From Candidatus Latescibacterota bacterium (GTDB taxonomy: Bacteria > Latescibacterota > UBA2968 > UBA8231), in the NCBI GenBank assembly GCA_965215195.1, contig CBDCDC010000002.1, positions 672,001-736,000 of the forward strand: a DNA stretch of 64,000 bases, given 5' to 3'. The notes below the pieces were generated by a model that saw nothing but the letters and a program-made list of their open reading frames with translations, was not told the DNA's origin and ran no database searches. Shown in pieces: positions 46,032-58,629 of this stretch; within the stretch, counting starts at the first letter, position 1; each line of letters opens with the position of its first letter. The translations under genes were made by a program, and so were the position numbers.

Positions 46032-47383
46032 GTTGCATTCCTCCCCGTTTGATCGCCGGCAAAGAGCTCCCGGCGAAAGAGTGCCTTTTGTTGTTGGAGA
46101 TATTCGCCCTTGCTCATGTTGGGCGCATGGGTTTGCAGGATGCCCCGGGCCGCAGACGCATCGCCGTACAGCAGATCGATGGCCATCATGGCCAAGACCT
46201 TGGCCGGGGCGAGGTACCCAGCGGCAGGATCGGCAATCCTCCAATCGGGTCCGTGGATTGCGCCGCTAGCTCCGGTCATGGCCGGGTGCAGCACGGGCAT
46301 GATCTGACTGAGGTCGCCAGCGTCGGTGGAGCCGCCGCCGTGCGGGTAATCCCGGTACTGATCGGGGCCGAAAATCCGCGCGGCGTTGCTCTTAAAAAGC
46401 TGCCCTAAGTCGGGGTCATTGCACAGGGGCAGGTATCCGGGCACGGTTTCGATTTCAACCGAACAGCCGAGGGCGACTGCTGCGCCCCGCAGCGCCCGAT
46501 CAACCTTGTATGACGCATCGAGCATGGCCTCAGAGGTGCGGGCGCGGACGTAGGTTTCCAGCCGCACCTCGGCCGGGATGATATTGACCAGATCGCCCCC
46601 TTTCGTGATGATCGGATGCACCCGTACGCAGTCCTCGTCGCGGAAAGTCTCGCGCTGGGCGTCAATCGCGCTGAGGGCGAGCGTCGCCGCGCTGAGCGCG
46701 TTGACGCCCTTGTCCGGCGCACCCCCGGCGTGGGCGGCCCGGCCAATGAAACGCACGTTCTTGGCCAAGAAGCCATTGGACGAACAGGCGATGCCCACCG
46801 CACCCTCGGTTTGGACCGAACTGCTGGTGTGGATCATCACGGCCATATCTACGTCGTCGAAGTGACCCAACTCGACCAGCTCGGGCTTGCCCCCTAAAAA
46901 CGCGATCTTGCCTTCCTCGACAAGTCCTAAGCGGTAGTCTATCTCGACGTACTCTTCTGCGGGCACGGCGAAAAACGCAATTTCCCCGGCCAGCTCCTCG
47001 GCGACGCCGGCCTCTACAAGCCCATAGGCGGCCCCTACCATCCCGGCGATCTGGGCATTGTGGCCACAGGCGTGTGCCGCCCCGGTCGCCGGGTCGGCGC
47101 GCGGATGATCGGGCACGATGAGCGCGTCAAGCTCGCCCATCAGCGCCACAATCGGCCCGGATTGCCGCCCTTTGAGCCGAGCCTTCACGCCAGTCAGCGC
47201 CAGTTCCCGCTCGTACTGCAACCCGAGATCGGCAAAACTTTCGCAGACGCGGCAGGCTGTCTGATCCTCCTTAAAGCCCAATTCGGGTTGGTCCATAATG
47301 GCTTCTCCCAGCCCGATGATCTGTTCGCTCTGCCGATCAATGGCCGCGCAGACTGCGGCCTTTAATTCCTCTTTGCTCCGCAT
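46028..47383 (-). CDS. M20-family amidohydrolase
   Basis: PELGFKE, ELDAL, HACGHN, PAEE, GRAAHAG and GSTD; start moved to MRSKEEL. Confidence 0.92.
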   Translation of the reverse strand: MRSKEELKAAVCAAIDRQSEQIIGLGEAIMDQPELGFKEDQTACRVCESFADLGLQYERELALTGVKARLKGRQSGPIVALMGELDALIVPDHPRADPATGAAHACGHNAQIAGMVGAAYGLVEAGVAEELAGEIAFFAVPAEEYVEIDYRLGLVEEGKIAFLGGKPELVELGHFDDVDMAVMIHTSSSVQTEGAVGIACSSNGFLAKNVRFIGRAAHAGGAPDKGVNALSAATLALSAIDAQRETFRDEDCVRVHPIITKGGDLVNIIPAEVRLETYVRARTSEAMLDASYKVDRALRGAAVALGCSVEIETVPGYLPLCNDPDLGQLFKSNAARIFGPDQYRDYPHGGGSTDAGDLSQIMPVLHPAMTGASGAIHGPDWRIADPAAGYLAPAKVLAMMAIDLLYGDASAARGILQTHAPNMSKGEYLQQQKALFRRELFAGDQTGRNAT

Positions 47384-47529
47384 AAATCTCCGTCTTTTTA
47401 GGTCGGCCAGTATAGCGGACTTCCATGGGGTTGTCAAGCAATTCTCCGGCTTGCGCAGGTCTAGCGCACCCCTTAGTTTTTTTACAACGCGACCTTTGCC
47501 CGGCCCCAAACTCGCCCAGAGCCACTGCA

Positions 47530-47898
47530 TTGTACAAAATTCTGATCATCGACCGCAATGCCATATTCGGCGCCACCCTCGCCGGGCTGCTCGAGCGGGC
47601 CGGTTGTCAGGTCAAAGTCGCCAATCAACTGGCCGATGGACTCGACCATTACCTACTCAACGCCCCCGACTTAGTCCTCCTCGGCGTCGAGGTTGACGAC
47701 CCTACCCCTTTTGTCTCAGCGAGTCGCTTGCTCGACAGCACTAAGGTCATCGCCTTCCTGCCGCGCCAAAGGCGCTCATCCGACGACCTGCAGGAGGTGC
47801 TACAAGCCCTCAAGGGCTGCCCCATTTTTTACAAGCCCTTTCGCACCGAGGACGTCCTCGCCGCCATCGCCGCAGAATTAGTGCCGCACGAGACCTAA
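47530..47898 (+). CDS. Stand-alone atypical receiver-domain protein
   Basis: KILIIDRN, PDLVLLG and YKPF; TTG start assumed. Confidence 0.75.
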   Translation: MYKILIIDRNAIFGATLAGLLERAGCQVKVANQLADGLDHYLLNAPDLVLLGVEVDDPTPFVSASRLLDSTKVIAFLPRQRRSSDDLQEVLQALKGCPIFYKPFRTEDVLAAIAAELVPHET

Positions 47899-47901
47899 GC
47901 C

Positions 47902-48879
47902 TCAGCCGTGCGGCAACACCCCGATGTCCTCGCCGCGCTGATAGCTAAGCGCATCGACGATCATCCGCACGATGTCGCAACTGGGGCTGAATCCTAAGTA
48001 TTCCTCGGCCTTGCGCAGGTTGAATTCGTAAAAGGTGGGAGTGGCCTTTACAGCCGCTTCGACGTGGGGCATGTTGCGCAATTCGGCGAGCCGGTAACTA
48101 ACCTCGTCCCAAGTGAAAGGGCGCGGCCCAGCTAGCTGGAAGGTCTCGCCCAACGCCCTTTCTTTACCCAAGGCGCAGAGGCAGCCATGCACGATGTCGC
48201 GCACATCGGCGATGTGCTTTTTGAAGGGACGGTCGCGCTGGTCTTTTAGCAGTACCGCGCACTCCTCGCCCTGCCACAGAGCGGCCAGTTCCGGGTGCAT
48301 CTCCTTCATCTTGCTCAGGTAGAACTGCGGGAACTGCAAAATTTCGTCGGCCGCCCAAACCATGGCAAAACGCAGGATCGTCGTCGGCACTTGGTAGCCC
48401 TGCCAGTAGCCGTTGCACAATTCCTCGCCTAACGCCTTAGTCAAGGCATACGCTCCCTTGGGCACGCGCGGCGTCTGTTCGTCAATGGGCGCACTCATGC
48501 CGCCGGGGACGTACTTGTCGTAGAGCGCGTCCGAGCTGGCGAACAGGAATTGACCCACCTCCTTCTCTCGGCGCACGGCTTCCAACATGTTGAAGGTGCC
48601 GCGCACGTTGATCTCAAAGAACTCCTCGTCGGTAAAGGGGCCACCGCCCTGAAAGGCCGCTCCCAAGTGATAGACGGCCTCAACCCCCGCGACCGCCTGC
48701 TCGACTGCGGCCGGCTCGGTCAAACTCCCCTCGACGAGTTCGACCTGCATCTTCTCGAGGTTTTCCACTCGCGGATCTCGGGGCCAGACCAACCCGCGCA
48801 GATGGTGCCCGCGCTCGACGAGCTGTTTGGCCAAGTTGGCACCAATGCGGCCGGTAATGCCAGTAATCAATATCCTCAC
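47902..48879 (-). CDS. NAD-dependent epimerase/dehydratase (extended SDR)
   Basis: ITGITGRIG, INVRGT, ASS and YALTK. Confidence 0.92.
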   Translation of the reverse strand: MRILITGITGRIGANLAKQLVERGHHLRGLVWPRDPRVENLEKMQVELVEGSLTEPAAVEQAVAGVEAVYHLGAAFQGGGPFTDEEFFEINVRGTFNMLEAVRREKEVGQFLFASSDALYDKYVPGGMSAPIDEQTPRVPKGAYALTKALGEELCNGYWQGYQVPTTILRFAMVWAADEILQFPQFYLSKMKEMHPELAALWQGEECAVLLKDQRDRPFKKHIADVRDIVHGCLCALGKERALGETFQLAGPRPFTWDEVSYRLAELRNMPHVEAAVKATPTFYEFNLRKAEEYLGFSPSCDIVRMIVDALSYQRGEDIGVLPHG

Positions 48880-49037
48880 GCAAACCTTCCAGTTGAATTG
48901 CCCACAACAAACCGCACTGCACCGCCGCTGGCAACCCCAACGCAGTGAGAAAGAAGGCTGGAAAAGATGACGGCCTGTTTTATATTTAAGAATAGCACTG
49001 CTCGGGTTGGTCTTTGGCTTGACGCCTCACAACGAAG

Positions 49038-50318
49038 ATGTCACCTGCTCAACTTCGCATTCTGGTCCCCCTCGAAAACCCGCACCAAGAGCACAATCTC
49101 GTCGACTTGGCTGCGACCTTGGCCCCTTCGCCTTGGGGCGAGCTGCACTTGACCCACATCCTGACGCCCGACGCTGCGCCCCTGTCCGACATAAAACAGG
49201 CACTCCAAGTTTTGGCCGACCAGGCTATGGCCCACGACATCGGTGCTATCGCGCATTTGGAAAAAGACGAGGACGTGACGAGCGGAATTCAGCGGGCCGT
49301 TCGCCGCTGGAGCTGCAACATGATGCTCATGGCCTGGAAAGCCAATGTCGAGCGCGATGCGATCCTATCCGCACCCAATCGCGCCCTGACCAAGGCCATC
49401 GACGTGGACACCTTGATTTTTAAGGAAAAGAAAAGCGGGCCGGTGCGCCGGATTCTCGTGCCCTTCGGCGGCGGCAATCACGCGCTGGTGGGCGTGCAAA
49501 TCGCCTACGATCTGGCCCAGACTTGGGGCGCTGAACTGGAAATTCTCCGCATCGTCCGCGACACCCGCGATCCCTCCGACCCAATCCTCCAGCGCTACTG
49601 TTCGCAGCTAGCCACAGATACGCGCTTGCAGCTAGATCTGCTAAAGATCGACGCACCTTTGACTATGGTCCCAGCCGTCGATGTAGTCCCGGCCATCGTC
49701 GCAAGGGCGCAAGACCACGATTTGATCGTACTCGGCGCCTCAAACGACTGGCGCCAAGAGGAACACCTCGCCGGCTCCATCCCAGACGGGATTGCCTATC
49801 AGGTGCCTTGTTCGGTGCTCATGGTTCGCTCGGCCGCGGCCAACGATTTGCAGCTAAGTCGCATTTTCTGGGAGCACACCATCCGCTTGGACCTCGCCCC
49901 CAAAGACAAGTGGGACGCCATTGCCCAGATGGTTGATGCGTTAATAGAAGAAAAGCAAATCCCCGCCAGCGAACGCCACACCGTGCTCGAGGCCGCGCTC
50001 GACCGCGAGCGCAAAGGCTCAACCTCGTTGGGACACGGCACCGCCATTCCCCATGCGCCCATCCCCGATCTAGACGGGATCATCGGCTGCTTGGGGATTT
50101 GCCGGCAGGGCATCAACTTTGAAGGCCCTACCCCCGAGCCGGTACACTTCATTTTTCTGCTGTTGACCCCGGAACAAAACTACCGCAGCTACATCCCAAT
50201 CCTCGCCCAGATCGCAACCCTGATGCACGCCGACACCACCCACCGCGACATGCTCGCCTCGCAGACGCCGGCGGAAATAACCGCCGTCCTCAAGCGCCTG
50301 CCGCAACGGCGCCGCTAA
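49038..50318 (+). CDS. Tandem universal stress protein domains fused to PTS EIIA (Ntr/Fru type)
   Basis: RILVPL and RILVPFGGG...DLIVLGAS...GSIP USP motifs; RERKGSTSLGHGTAIPHA EIIA phospho-His motif. Confidence 0.88.
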   Translation: MSPAQLRILVPLENPHQEHNLVDLAATLAPSPWGELHLTHILTPDAAPLSDIKQALQVLADQAMAHDIGAIAHLEKDEDVTSGIQRAVRRWSCNMMLMAWKANVERDAILSAPNRALTKAIDVDTLIFKEKKSGPVRRILVPFGGGNHALVGVQIAYDLAQTWGAELEILRIVRDTRDPSDPILQRYCSQLATDTRLQLDLLKIDAPLTMVPAVDVVPAIVARAQDHDLIVLGASNDWRQEEHLAGSIPDGIAYQVPCSVLMVRSAAANDLQLSRIFWEHTIRLDLAPKDKWDAIAQMVDALIEEKQIPASERHTVLEAALDRERKGSTSLGHGTAIPHAPIPDLDGIIGCLGICRQGINFEGPTPEPVHFIFLLLTPEQNYRSYIPILAQIATLMHADTTHRDMLASQTPAEITAVLKRLPQRRR

Positions 50319-50965
50319 ACCCCCTCGGACCGGCTGACAAAATAGTCGCAATGCGGCATGAGTGCGCACTCGTCGCACCGGGGCTTGCGCGCCTTGCACA
50401 CATAGCGGCCGTGCAAGACCACGCGCTGTCCAAAAGCCGTCCACTCCTCGGCCGGCAGCAGCTGCGCCAAGGCCATTTCGACCTTGACCGGATCCGTTTC
50501 TGCGGTCAACCCCACCCGCCGACTCACCCGCCCCACGTGCGTATCTACGACGATGCCGGGCACGCCATACACATTGCCGAGGATGACATTGGCACTCTTG
50601 CGGCCAATGCCAGGCAAGCGGGTCAAGGCGTCCATTTGTCCGGGGACTTGGCCGTCGTGCTCGGCGATGAGCATCGCCATGGCTGCGCGGATGTTTTTGG
50701 CCTTTTGCCGGTAGAAGCCGGTCGAGCGGATATCCCCCTCTAGCTCCTCGGCCTCCACCTGTACGTAGTCGGCTGCACACTGATATTTTTTGAATAGTAC
50801 TGCGGTGACTTCGTTGACCTTGACATCCGTGCTCTGCGCCGCCAGCACGGTCGCCACCATCAACTCCAAGGCATTGCTGTAATTGAGTTCCACTCTCGGC
50901 TCGGGAATGGTCTTCTTTAATTTTCTACAGACGATCTGTGCCCGCTCGACTTGGCGCTCCCTCAC
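50315..50965 (-). CDS. nth: Endonuclease III
   Basis: LAAQSTD, LPGIGRKSANV, VDTHV and CKARKPRCDECALMPHC. Confidence 0.96.
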   Translation of the reverse strand: MRERQVERAQIVCRKLKKTIPEPRVELNYSNALELMVATVLAAQSTDVKVNEVTAVLFKKYQCAADYVQVEAEELEGDIRSTGFYRQKAKNIRAAMAMLIAEHDGQVPGQMDALTRLPGIGRKSANVILGNVYGVPGIVVDTHVGRVSRRVGLTAETDPVKVEMALAQLLPAEEWTAFGQRVVLHGRYVCKARKPRCDECALMPHCDYFVSRSEGV

Positions 50966-50979
50966 TTCGACTTCCTTCT

Positions 50980-52176
50980 TCAGCGCCGAGACGGCTGGGA
51001 TACCTCAACGCCGGTGCCGGCTCCGCGTACGCGCCGGCCCCACAGGTGGACGCGGCCCTTCCAGCGAAAAATCCCTAGGCATCCCAAGCTGCCGACCAAA
51101 ACTACGTGCAAGGGCTGCAACAAGGCCCAAAGAGGAAAATAGCGGCGCAACTCGCGCCGGCCCGATAGCACCATCCCGCCGTTAAATACACCCCACTCGC
51201 CCCACACTTTCACCCCCACCGCGCCCAAGGCCCACAGGGGATCCAGTGAGCCGATCCAGCACAGCAAGGGTGCCATGAGTATCGCCCAGCTCAAAGCGTA
51301 TGCAAGCAGCATATAGCCGAAAAAGAGCGGATCTAAGCGGGCGAGGGTCGGGGCATTGGAGGCCCAGCGGCTGCGCTGGCCGAATAACCCGCCCCAAGAC
51401 CCGGCCACTGGGTGCCGCACAAAGGTCGTTGGCTGGTTGGCAAAGACAATGGACCACCGGCCTGAGCGGCGCATGGTCTGCATGAGCAGCACATCGTCTC
51501 CAGAAGCCCGGTGCATGACTTTTTCATAGCCGCCAACGTCGAAAAACGCCTCCCGCAAAAAGGCCAAATTCTGCCCGGAAGCCGCCATGGGATGGCCCCA
51601 CCCGGCACTGCCCCATATACAAGCCATCAAGCAGGTGAAGTCAACGGCCTCGTATCCTTGGCGCCATCCCTTGATCTGGGACGGCGAGCCAATTTGCGAA
51701 AAGCCGATGACCATGCCCACCCCGTCGTCAAAGTGCGACACCATGCCGCGGATCCATCCCGGAGCGACCTCGCAGTCGGCATCCGTAGTGAGAATCACCT
51801 CCCCCCGCGCTCTGGTGATCCCCAAGCTGAGCGCGGCCTTCTTGGAACCCGACCCTTGGGTGCGCAGCAAGCGCACGGACGCAGTTTCCCCGCTGAACTC
51901 GCGCACAATGTGGCCCGTGCCGTCGGTGGAGCCGTCGTCAACCACGATGATTTCGTAGCGTTCTGGGGGATAATCCTGCGCCAGCAGGGCGCGCAGGCAG
52001 CAGGCGATGTGCGCGGCTTCGTCGCGGGCGGCGACGACCACCGAGGCCAAGGGGACGAGCTCGGCGTGGACCTTGCCGCGATGGCGGAGCATACCAGCGA
52101 TGAACCAACAAGCCCCGAGCAAGTAGGCCAGCGCACAGAACGCCAAGAGGAGTTCGGGTGCGTACAGCGCGGGCAT
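50980..52176 (-). CDS. Membrane family 2 glycosyltransferase
   Basis: N-terminal TM, VDDGSTD, KK, TDADC, SGDD, QRSRW and C-terminal TMs; ATG overlaps the upstream TAA. Confidence 0.9.
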   Translation of the reverse strand: MPALYAPELLLAFCALAYLLGACWFIAGMLRHRGKVHAELVPLASVVVAARDEAAHIACCLRALLAQDYPPERYEIIVVDDGSTDGTGHIVREFSGETASVRLLRTQGSGSKKAALSLGITRARGEVILTTDADCEVAPGWIRGMVSHFDDGVGMVIGFSQIGSPSQIKGWRQGYEAVDFTCLMACIWGSAGWGHPMAASGQNLAFLREAFFDVGGYEKVMHRASGDDVLLMQTMRRSGRWSIVFANQPTTFVRHPVAGSWGGLFGQRSRWASNAPTLARLDPLFFGYMLLAYALSWAILMAPLLCWIGSLDPLWALGAVGVKVWGEWGVFNGGMVLSGRRELRRYFPLWALLQPLHVVLVGSLGCLGIFRWKGRVHLWGRRVRGAGTGVEVSQPSRR

Positions 52177-53243
52177 TAGCCCTTGATTTCCTTGATCAGC
52201 GAGAACATGCCTCGATAGCCTTCGGAACAGTTGCGGCACATGTCAAAGCTGTTGCGGTCGGCGAGGACCTGACCGCGAAAGTCCATATAGGCCCGGCTGC
52301 GCCAAATCTCGTCAAAAGAACGGCCGTCAAAGGCCTGCCCCATGGCAAAGTCGACGTCCTTGTCAAAACAGCAGGGCGCGACCGCTCCGTCCCAATTGAC
52401 CATCGAGCTGTACCACAGCACTTTGCAACCCCGCGCCGGCTGCCCCTTGACCACCAACTCGTCCTCTGCGCGCTCGTAGCGGCTGTACTGTTCGTCCTCA
52501 GGCAAGAATTCCTCGGCGTCCGCCTCTGTGTAAATTTGGGCAGTTTTGACCAAAAATTTATCGACGTGCAAGTCCTTGGCCAGCGCTTCGGCCGTGGCCA
52601 GATCGCGCTCGTTGTGCTTCATGACGATGAACTGCAAGTTGATCAGGGGCGTCTGCGATCCCAGTGCCTCTTTGGCCGCGACCAGCAGGCGGACCCCGGA
52701 GAAGACGCGCTCGATCTGACCGCCGACCCGGTACCGTTCGTACGTGGCTTGGTCAACCCCATCCAACGAGACGATCATCTCGTCCAGCCCAGACTCGACA
52801 ATGGCCTGCGCTTGCTCCGGGCTGCGGACGAAGTGGCCGTTGGTGCTGGTGAAGGTGAAGATGCCGCGGTCGCTGGCGTAGCGCACCATCTGGTTGAAGC
52901 ACTTGTTGATATACGGCTCGCCCTGGTTCCACATCATCATCATAAAGACCTCGTCGCCGAGCTCGTCAACCAGCTTTTTGAAGTCCTCCAAGCCCATCGT
53001 GCCCCGGGGGCGGCGCATCTGGCCGTTGCCCGAGGGGCACAAGGGGCACTTGAGGTTGCAGAAATTGGTCGGCTCGACCATGAGCATAAAAGGACGCCCC
53101 CACACGATGGGCCGGCGGGTCATCCACGACAGCCCCATGGAGGCCAAAACAGCGAAAAAATTGACCAGCCGCTTCCAAGAAAATGCACGGGCGTAGCGCC
53201 GAACATAGCGCGGCAGTGCTTTGGGCGTGATTAGATAGGCCAA
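52176..53243 (-). CDS. Radical SAM/SPASM-domain protein
   Basis: CNLKCPLC, NQGEP, STNG, SLDG and C-terminal C...PCCFD...CRNC. Confidence 0.92.
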   Translation of the reverse strand: MAYLITPKALPRYVRRYARAFSWKRLVNFFAVLASMGLSWMTRRPIVWGRPFMLMVEPTNFCNLKCPLCPSGNGQMRRPRGTMGLEDFKKLVDELGDEVFMMMMWNQGEPYINKCFNQMVRYASDRGIFTFTSTNGHFVRSPEQAQAIVESGLDEMIVSLDGVDQATYERYRVGGQIERVFSGVRLLVAAKEALGSQTPLINLQFIVMKHNERDLATAEALAKDLHVDKFLVKTAQIYTEADAEEFLPEDEQYSRYERAEDELVVKGQPARGCKVLWYSSMVNWDGAVAPCCFDKDVDFAMGQAFDGRSFDEIWRSRAYMDFRGQVLADRNSFDMCRNCSEGYRGMFSLIKEIKG

Positions 53244-53256
53244 ATCAGCTCCTTTA

Positions 53257-54369
53257 TCAAGTTTTCCAGCGAAACCATCCCCAACGGCCGAGGATCGTAA
53301 AAATCAGCGCGTATGGAATATATAAAACTTCTGCTAGCGGCAAATAGCGCAGGAGCGCACGCTCCTCGGGCGCGGCCATCCGCACGAGCAGCAAAAAGTC
53401 AACGGCCCAGCGCATAAGCCACACACCCGCGACCCAGCCATCCCAGCTTTGGGTCCACAGCATCTGCACCAGCCCCCAAGCGAGAAAGCCGTGGAACAAA
53501 TAGACGCCTACGGCCAAATAGAATGCGCGGCCCTTGTAGTGGCCTCCTTTGGCTGCGTGCCGCAGCTTTTGTTGGATCGCGTCCGCGAGCTTAGCTGGCG
53601 GCGGCTGCGAGAGGACGACCGCTCGGCGGTTAAATGCCATAGCCCACCGGCCTTGGGCACCCACTAGGCGCATGAAGTACACATCGTCGCCCCCGATCAG
53701 ATGCCCGATTTGCGCAAAGCCACCCAGCTCGTCGTACACTTGGCGGCGGTAGCCCAAATTGCGGCCCGTACACGACAGCGGGTGCCCCATGCCAAAGCTG
53801 CCCGCCCCCAGCGCCCCGACCCCGATATTGTCCACGGCCAAAATTTTCGCCAGTGCGCCAGAGACCGGATCGGGCCGTGCGTATCCGGCCACTAAGCCGA
53901 CCCCCGGCGCAAAGTGCGCCACCATTGAGCGCACCCAATCTGCGGGCGGGCGGCAATCGGCATCGGTAAAGAGCAAGATCTCCCCGCTGCTCGCTGCAAT
54001 CCCCTCGGCCAACGCGCTTTTCTTTGGGCACTTAAACCGCCCGTCCGGCGCGGCCTGCACCCCCTTGAGCGCCGGCCAAGTCGCCGCCTTTGCGGCTATG
54101 ATTTCCCAAGTTCGGTCGCGCGAGCGGTCGTCCACGGCGATCACTTCAAACGCTCCCTTGTAATCCTGGCGGGCGAGCGCGTCCAAGCAGTGCGACAAGG
54201 TCGCCTCCTCGTCGCGCGCGGCGACGATGGCGCTGACCGAGGGCCGATCGCTGACTAGGGCCGGGCCCGAGTGCCGCCCGCTCAAGCCGCGCCACAGCCA
54301 CAGGACGCTGCCCACGTAGATCGCGCCGCTCAAGAGCAAACCCGCCTTTTGCAGCTCCACAAGCTCCAT
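53257..54369 (-). CDS. Membrane family 2 glycosyltransferase
   Basis: N-terminal TM, VDDRS, KK, TDADC, GGDD, QKLRH and C-terminal TMs. Confidence 0.9.
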   Translation of the reverse strand: MELVELQKAGLLLSGAIYVGSVLWLWRGLSGRHSGPALVSDRPSVSAIVAARDEEATLSHCLDALARQDYKGAFEVIAVDDRSRDRTWEIIAAKAATWPALKGVQAAPDGRFKCPKKSALAEGIAASSGEILLFTDADCRPPADWVRSMVAHFAPGVGLVAGYARPDPVSGALAKILAVDNIGVGALGAGSFGMGHPLSCTGRNLGYRRQVYDELGGFAQIGHLIGGDDVYFMRLVGAQGRWAMAFNRRAVVLSQPPPAKLADAIQQKLRHAAKGGHYKGRAFYLAVGVYLFHGFLAWGLVQMLWTQSWDGWVAGVWLMRWAVDFLLLVRMAAPEERALLRYLPLAEVLYIPYALIFTILGRWGWFRWKT

Positions 54370-54378
54370 AAGGCGGCC

Positions 54379-56082
54379 TTAGAAGTAGTGGAAGCGCAAG
54401 TCAAAGCGCAGGTGTTGCTGGCGGCCATCTCCGTAGCCAGAGCGCCACGCCAGCGGCACGGCCGGGCCCCAAGCCGGGGGCAGCGGCACGCCTTGGCCCC
54501 ACTCCTGCGCGTATTCGGCCTCTAGCTGGAGATGGAGCAAAATCCGCCAATTTAGGCCGACCGTCAGTGCGGTGCGCCGCACTCGGTGCCCGTCGAGGAA
54601 TTGCTTGGTCTCGCGCTCGTCCCCCGGCCTCCAGCCATAGTGCATATCGCCGCCGACATTGCGAATGGTGCCGTCCGCCCCTAACTCGTTCTCGCCGTGG
54701 CGGCTGCGCGTGACATGTACCGCAAACTCCACGTCTCGGACCGCTCGCTTGGTCAGACCCAATTGCCATTGGTCGCTGTTGGGCGCGAGGCTGTGCCCCA
54801 GCGGGGAGTCAAAGTGGCGAAAGGTGTTAATGGGAAACCGATGCGAGTAAAGCCAAGGTTCGATGCGCACGTATTCGGCCCGCAGCTCGGCATCGGCCAA
54901 CCCCAGCGGATCGACCCAGAGCATCCCGGCCTGCAAGGAAAACTTGTTGGCAAAATCGTCGGAAAAGATGCGGGCCTTCTTCAGGTCATCGACCACGTAC
55001 GCCAGATAATAGCGCCGCCCGCGCCCCGGATGGATGTCTAAGTCAATGCCCATCAGGAGATTGTCCTTGTCGCCTAGGTGGCTCTGGGCGGCCCAGTAAA
55101 ACATCAGGGGGTTGACGTAGCTAGGCTCTAGCCCTCGATCGCCGTACACTACCACTTCCTGAAAACCCAAGTCGAGCCAAGGAGCCAGCGCGACCTCCAA
55201 GCGGTGGGCCGCCAAGTACTTTTGGCGCTCCAACAGGCGCACATTAGTCGGGCCGTTGACTACATACGTGGCTGCTGAATCGGCCGTCCCCGCGCAAAGG
55301 GGCGAGTCGGGCCGGGCGGGACACGGGCGGAGTTCGGCCGAGATGCTGACCAGCTTAAAGGCCCCAAACTGCGACTGCAAGCGGATCATGTTAAACGACG
55401 GCGCGTTGTTGCTCAGTCCCAAATTTTGCTCCGGGGCCGGCCCCCACAAGGCCTCGTCTTTGCCCAATTGCACATCCACCGGCCCCACCGCGAACTTGAC
55501 GTACGCGGTGCCCTCGTGAAAATCGGCCACCTCGCCCTTTAGCTGGGGCAGGTCAATCCGCCGCTCGTATAGATCGTGGCGACGGACGTAATGGCGCGAA
55601 CCTTGCTCTCGCACCTGTTCAAAAGCCATGCGGAAGCCCACGCTGCGGCCTAGGTGCCCGCGGACGATGCCGCCGCCGCGATGGCGGTACACCACTTCGG
55701 CCGCCGACCGCCCCCGGCCGCTAAAGCGATCGGTTTGTTGGCGGGCGAGAACGTCGGCGAAAACGGCCCCCCCGTGGGCGCGATAGTGAAACATGGCTCG
55801 CCCGCGTGCAAACTCGCCGCGCAACAAGTCCAATTCGCCCAATTCAATCGGCGAGAGCTCGGGGCGATATTTTTTGTTAACTGCGTCAAGTAGTTCTATT
55901 ATTTTATTGCGGCTGTATGGTTTAATGCCATCTGCGACGCCGTTGGCTCGTCCTTGGGCCTCGAGCCGTTCGACAAAGCGATACACCCAGTGCTGCAAAG
56001 GCACGTAAACCGACGAATCCGCTCCGGCCGCGACCGTGCCCAACGCAATCAACAAGCCCAGTAGAGCCTGTGTTGACAGCAC
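54379..56082 (-). CDS. Capsule assembly Wzi-family outer-membrane protein
   Basis: Signal peptide, VPLQHWVY..VERL, KPYSR, GKD..WGP, LSNNAP, KYLAAHRL and DN; start approximate. Confidence 0.78.
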   Translation of the reverse strand: MLSTQALLGLLIALGTVAAGADSSVYVPLQHWVYRFVERLEAQGRANGVADGIKPYSRNKIIELLDAVNKKYRPELSPIELGELDLLRGEFARGRAMFHYRAHGGAVFADVLARQQTDRFSGRGRSAAEVVYRHRGGGIVRGHLGRSVGFRMAFEQVREQGSRHYVRRHDLYERRIDLPQLKGEVADFHEGTAYVKFAVGPVDVQLGKDEALWGPAPEQNLGLSNNAPSFNMIRLQSQFGAFKLVSISAELRPCPARPDSPLCAGTADSAATYVVNGPTNVRLLERQKYLAAHRLEVALAPWLDLGFQEVVVYGDRGLEPSYVNPLMFYWAAQSHLGDKDNLLMGIDLDIHPGRGRRYYLAYVVDDLKKARIFSDDFANKFSLQAGMLWVDPLGLADAELRAEYVRIEPWLYSHRFPINTFRHFDSPLGHSLAPNSDQWQLGLTKRAVRDVEFAVHVTRSRHGENELGADGTIRNVGGDMHYGWRPGDERETKQFLDGHRVRRTALTVGLNWRILLHLQLEAEYAQEWGQGVPLPPAWGPAVPLAWRSGYGDGRQQHLRFDLRFHYF

Positions 56083-56103
56083 TCCCAAGGGCTTGTATAT
56101 TAA

Positions 56104-58621
<2,518 letters not shown>

Positions 58622-58629
<8 letters not shown>

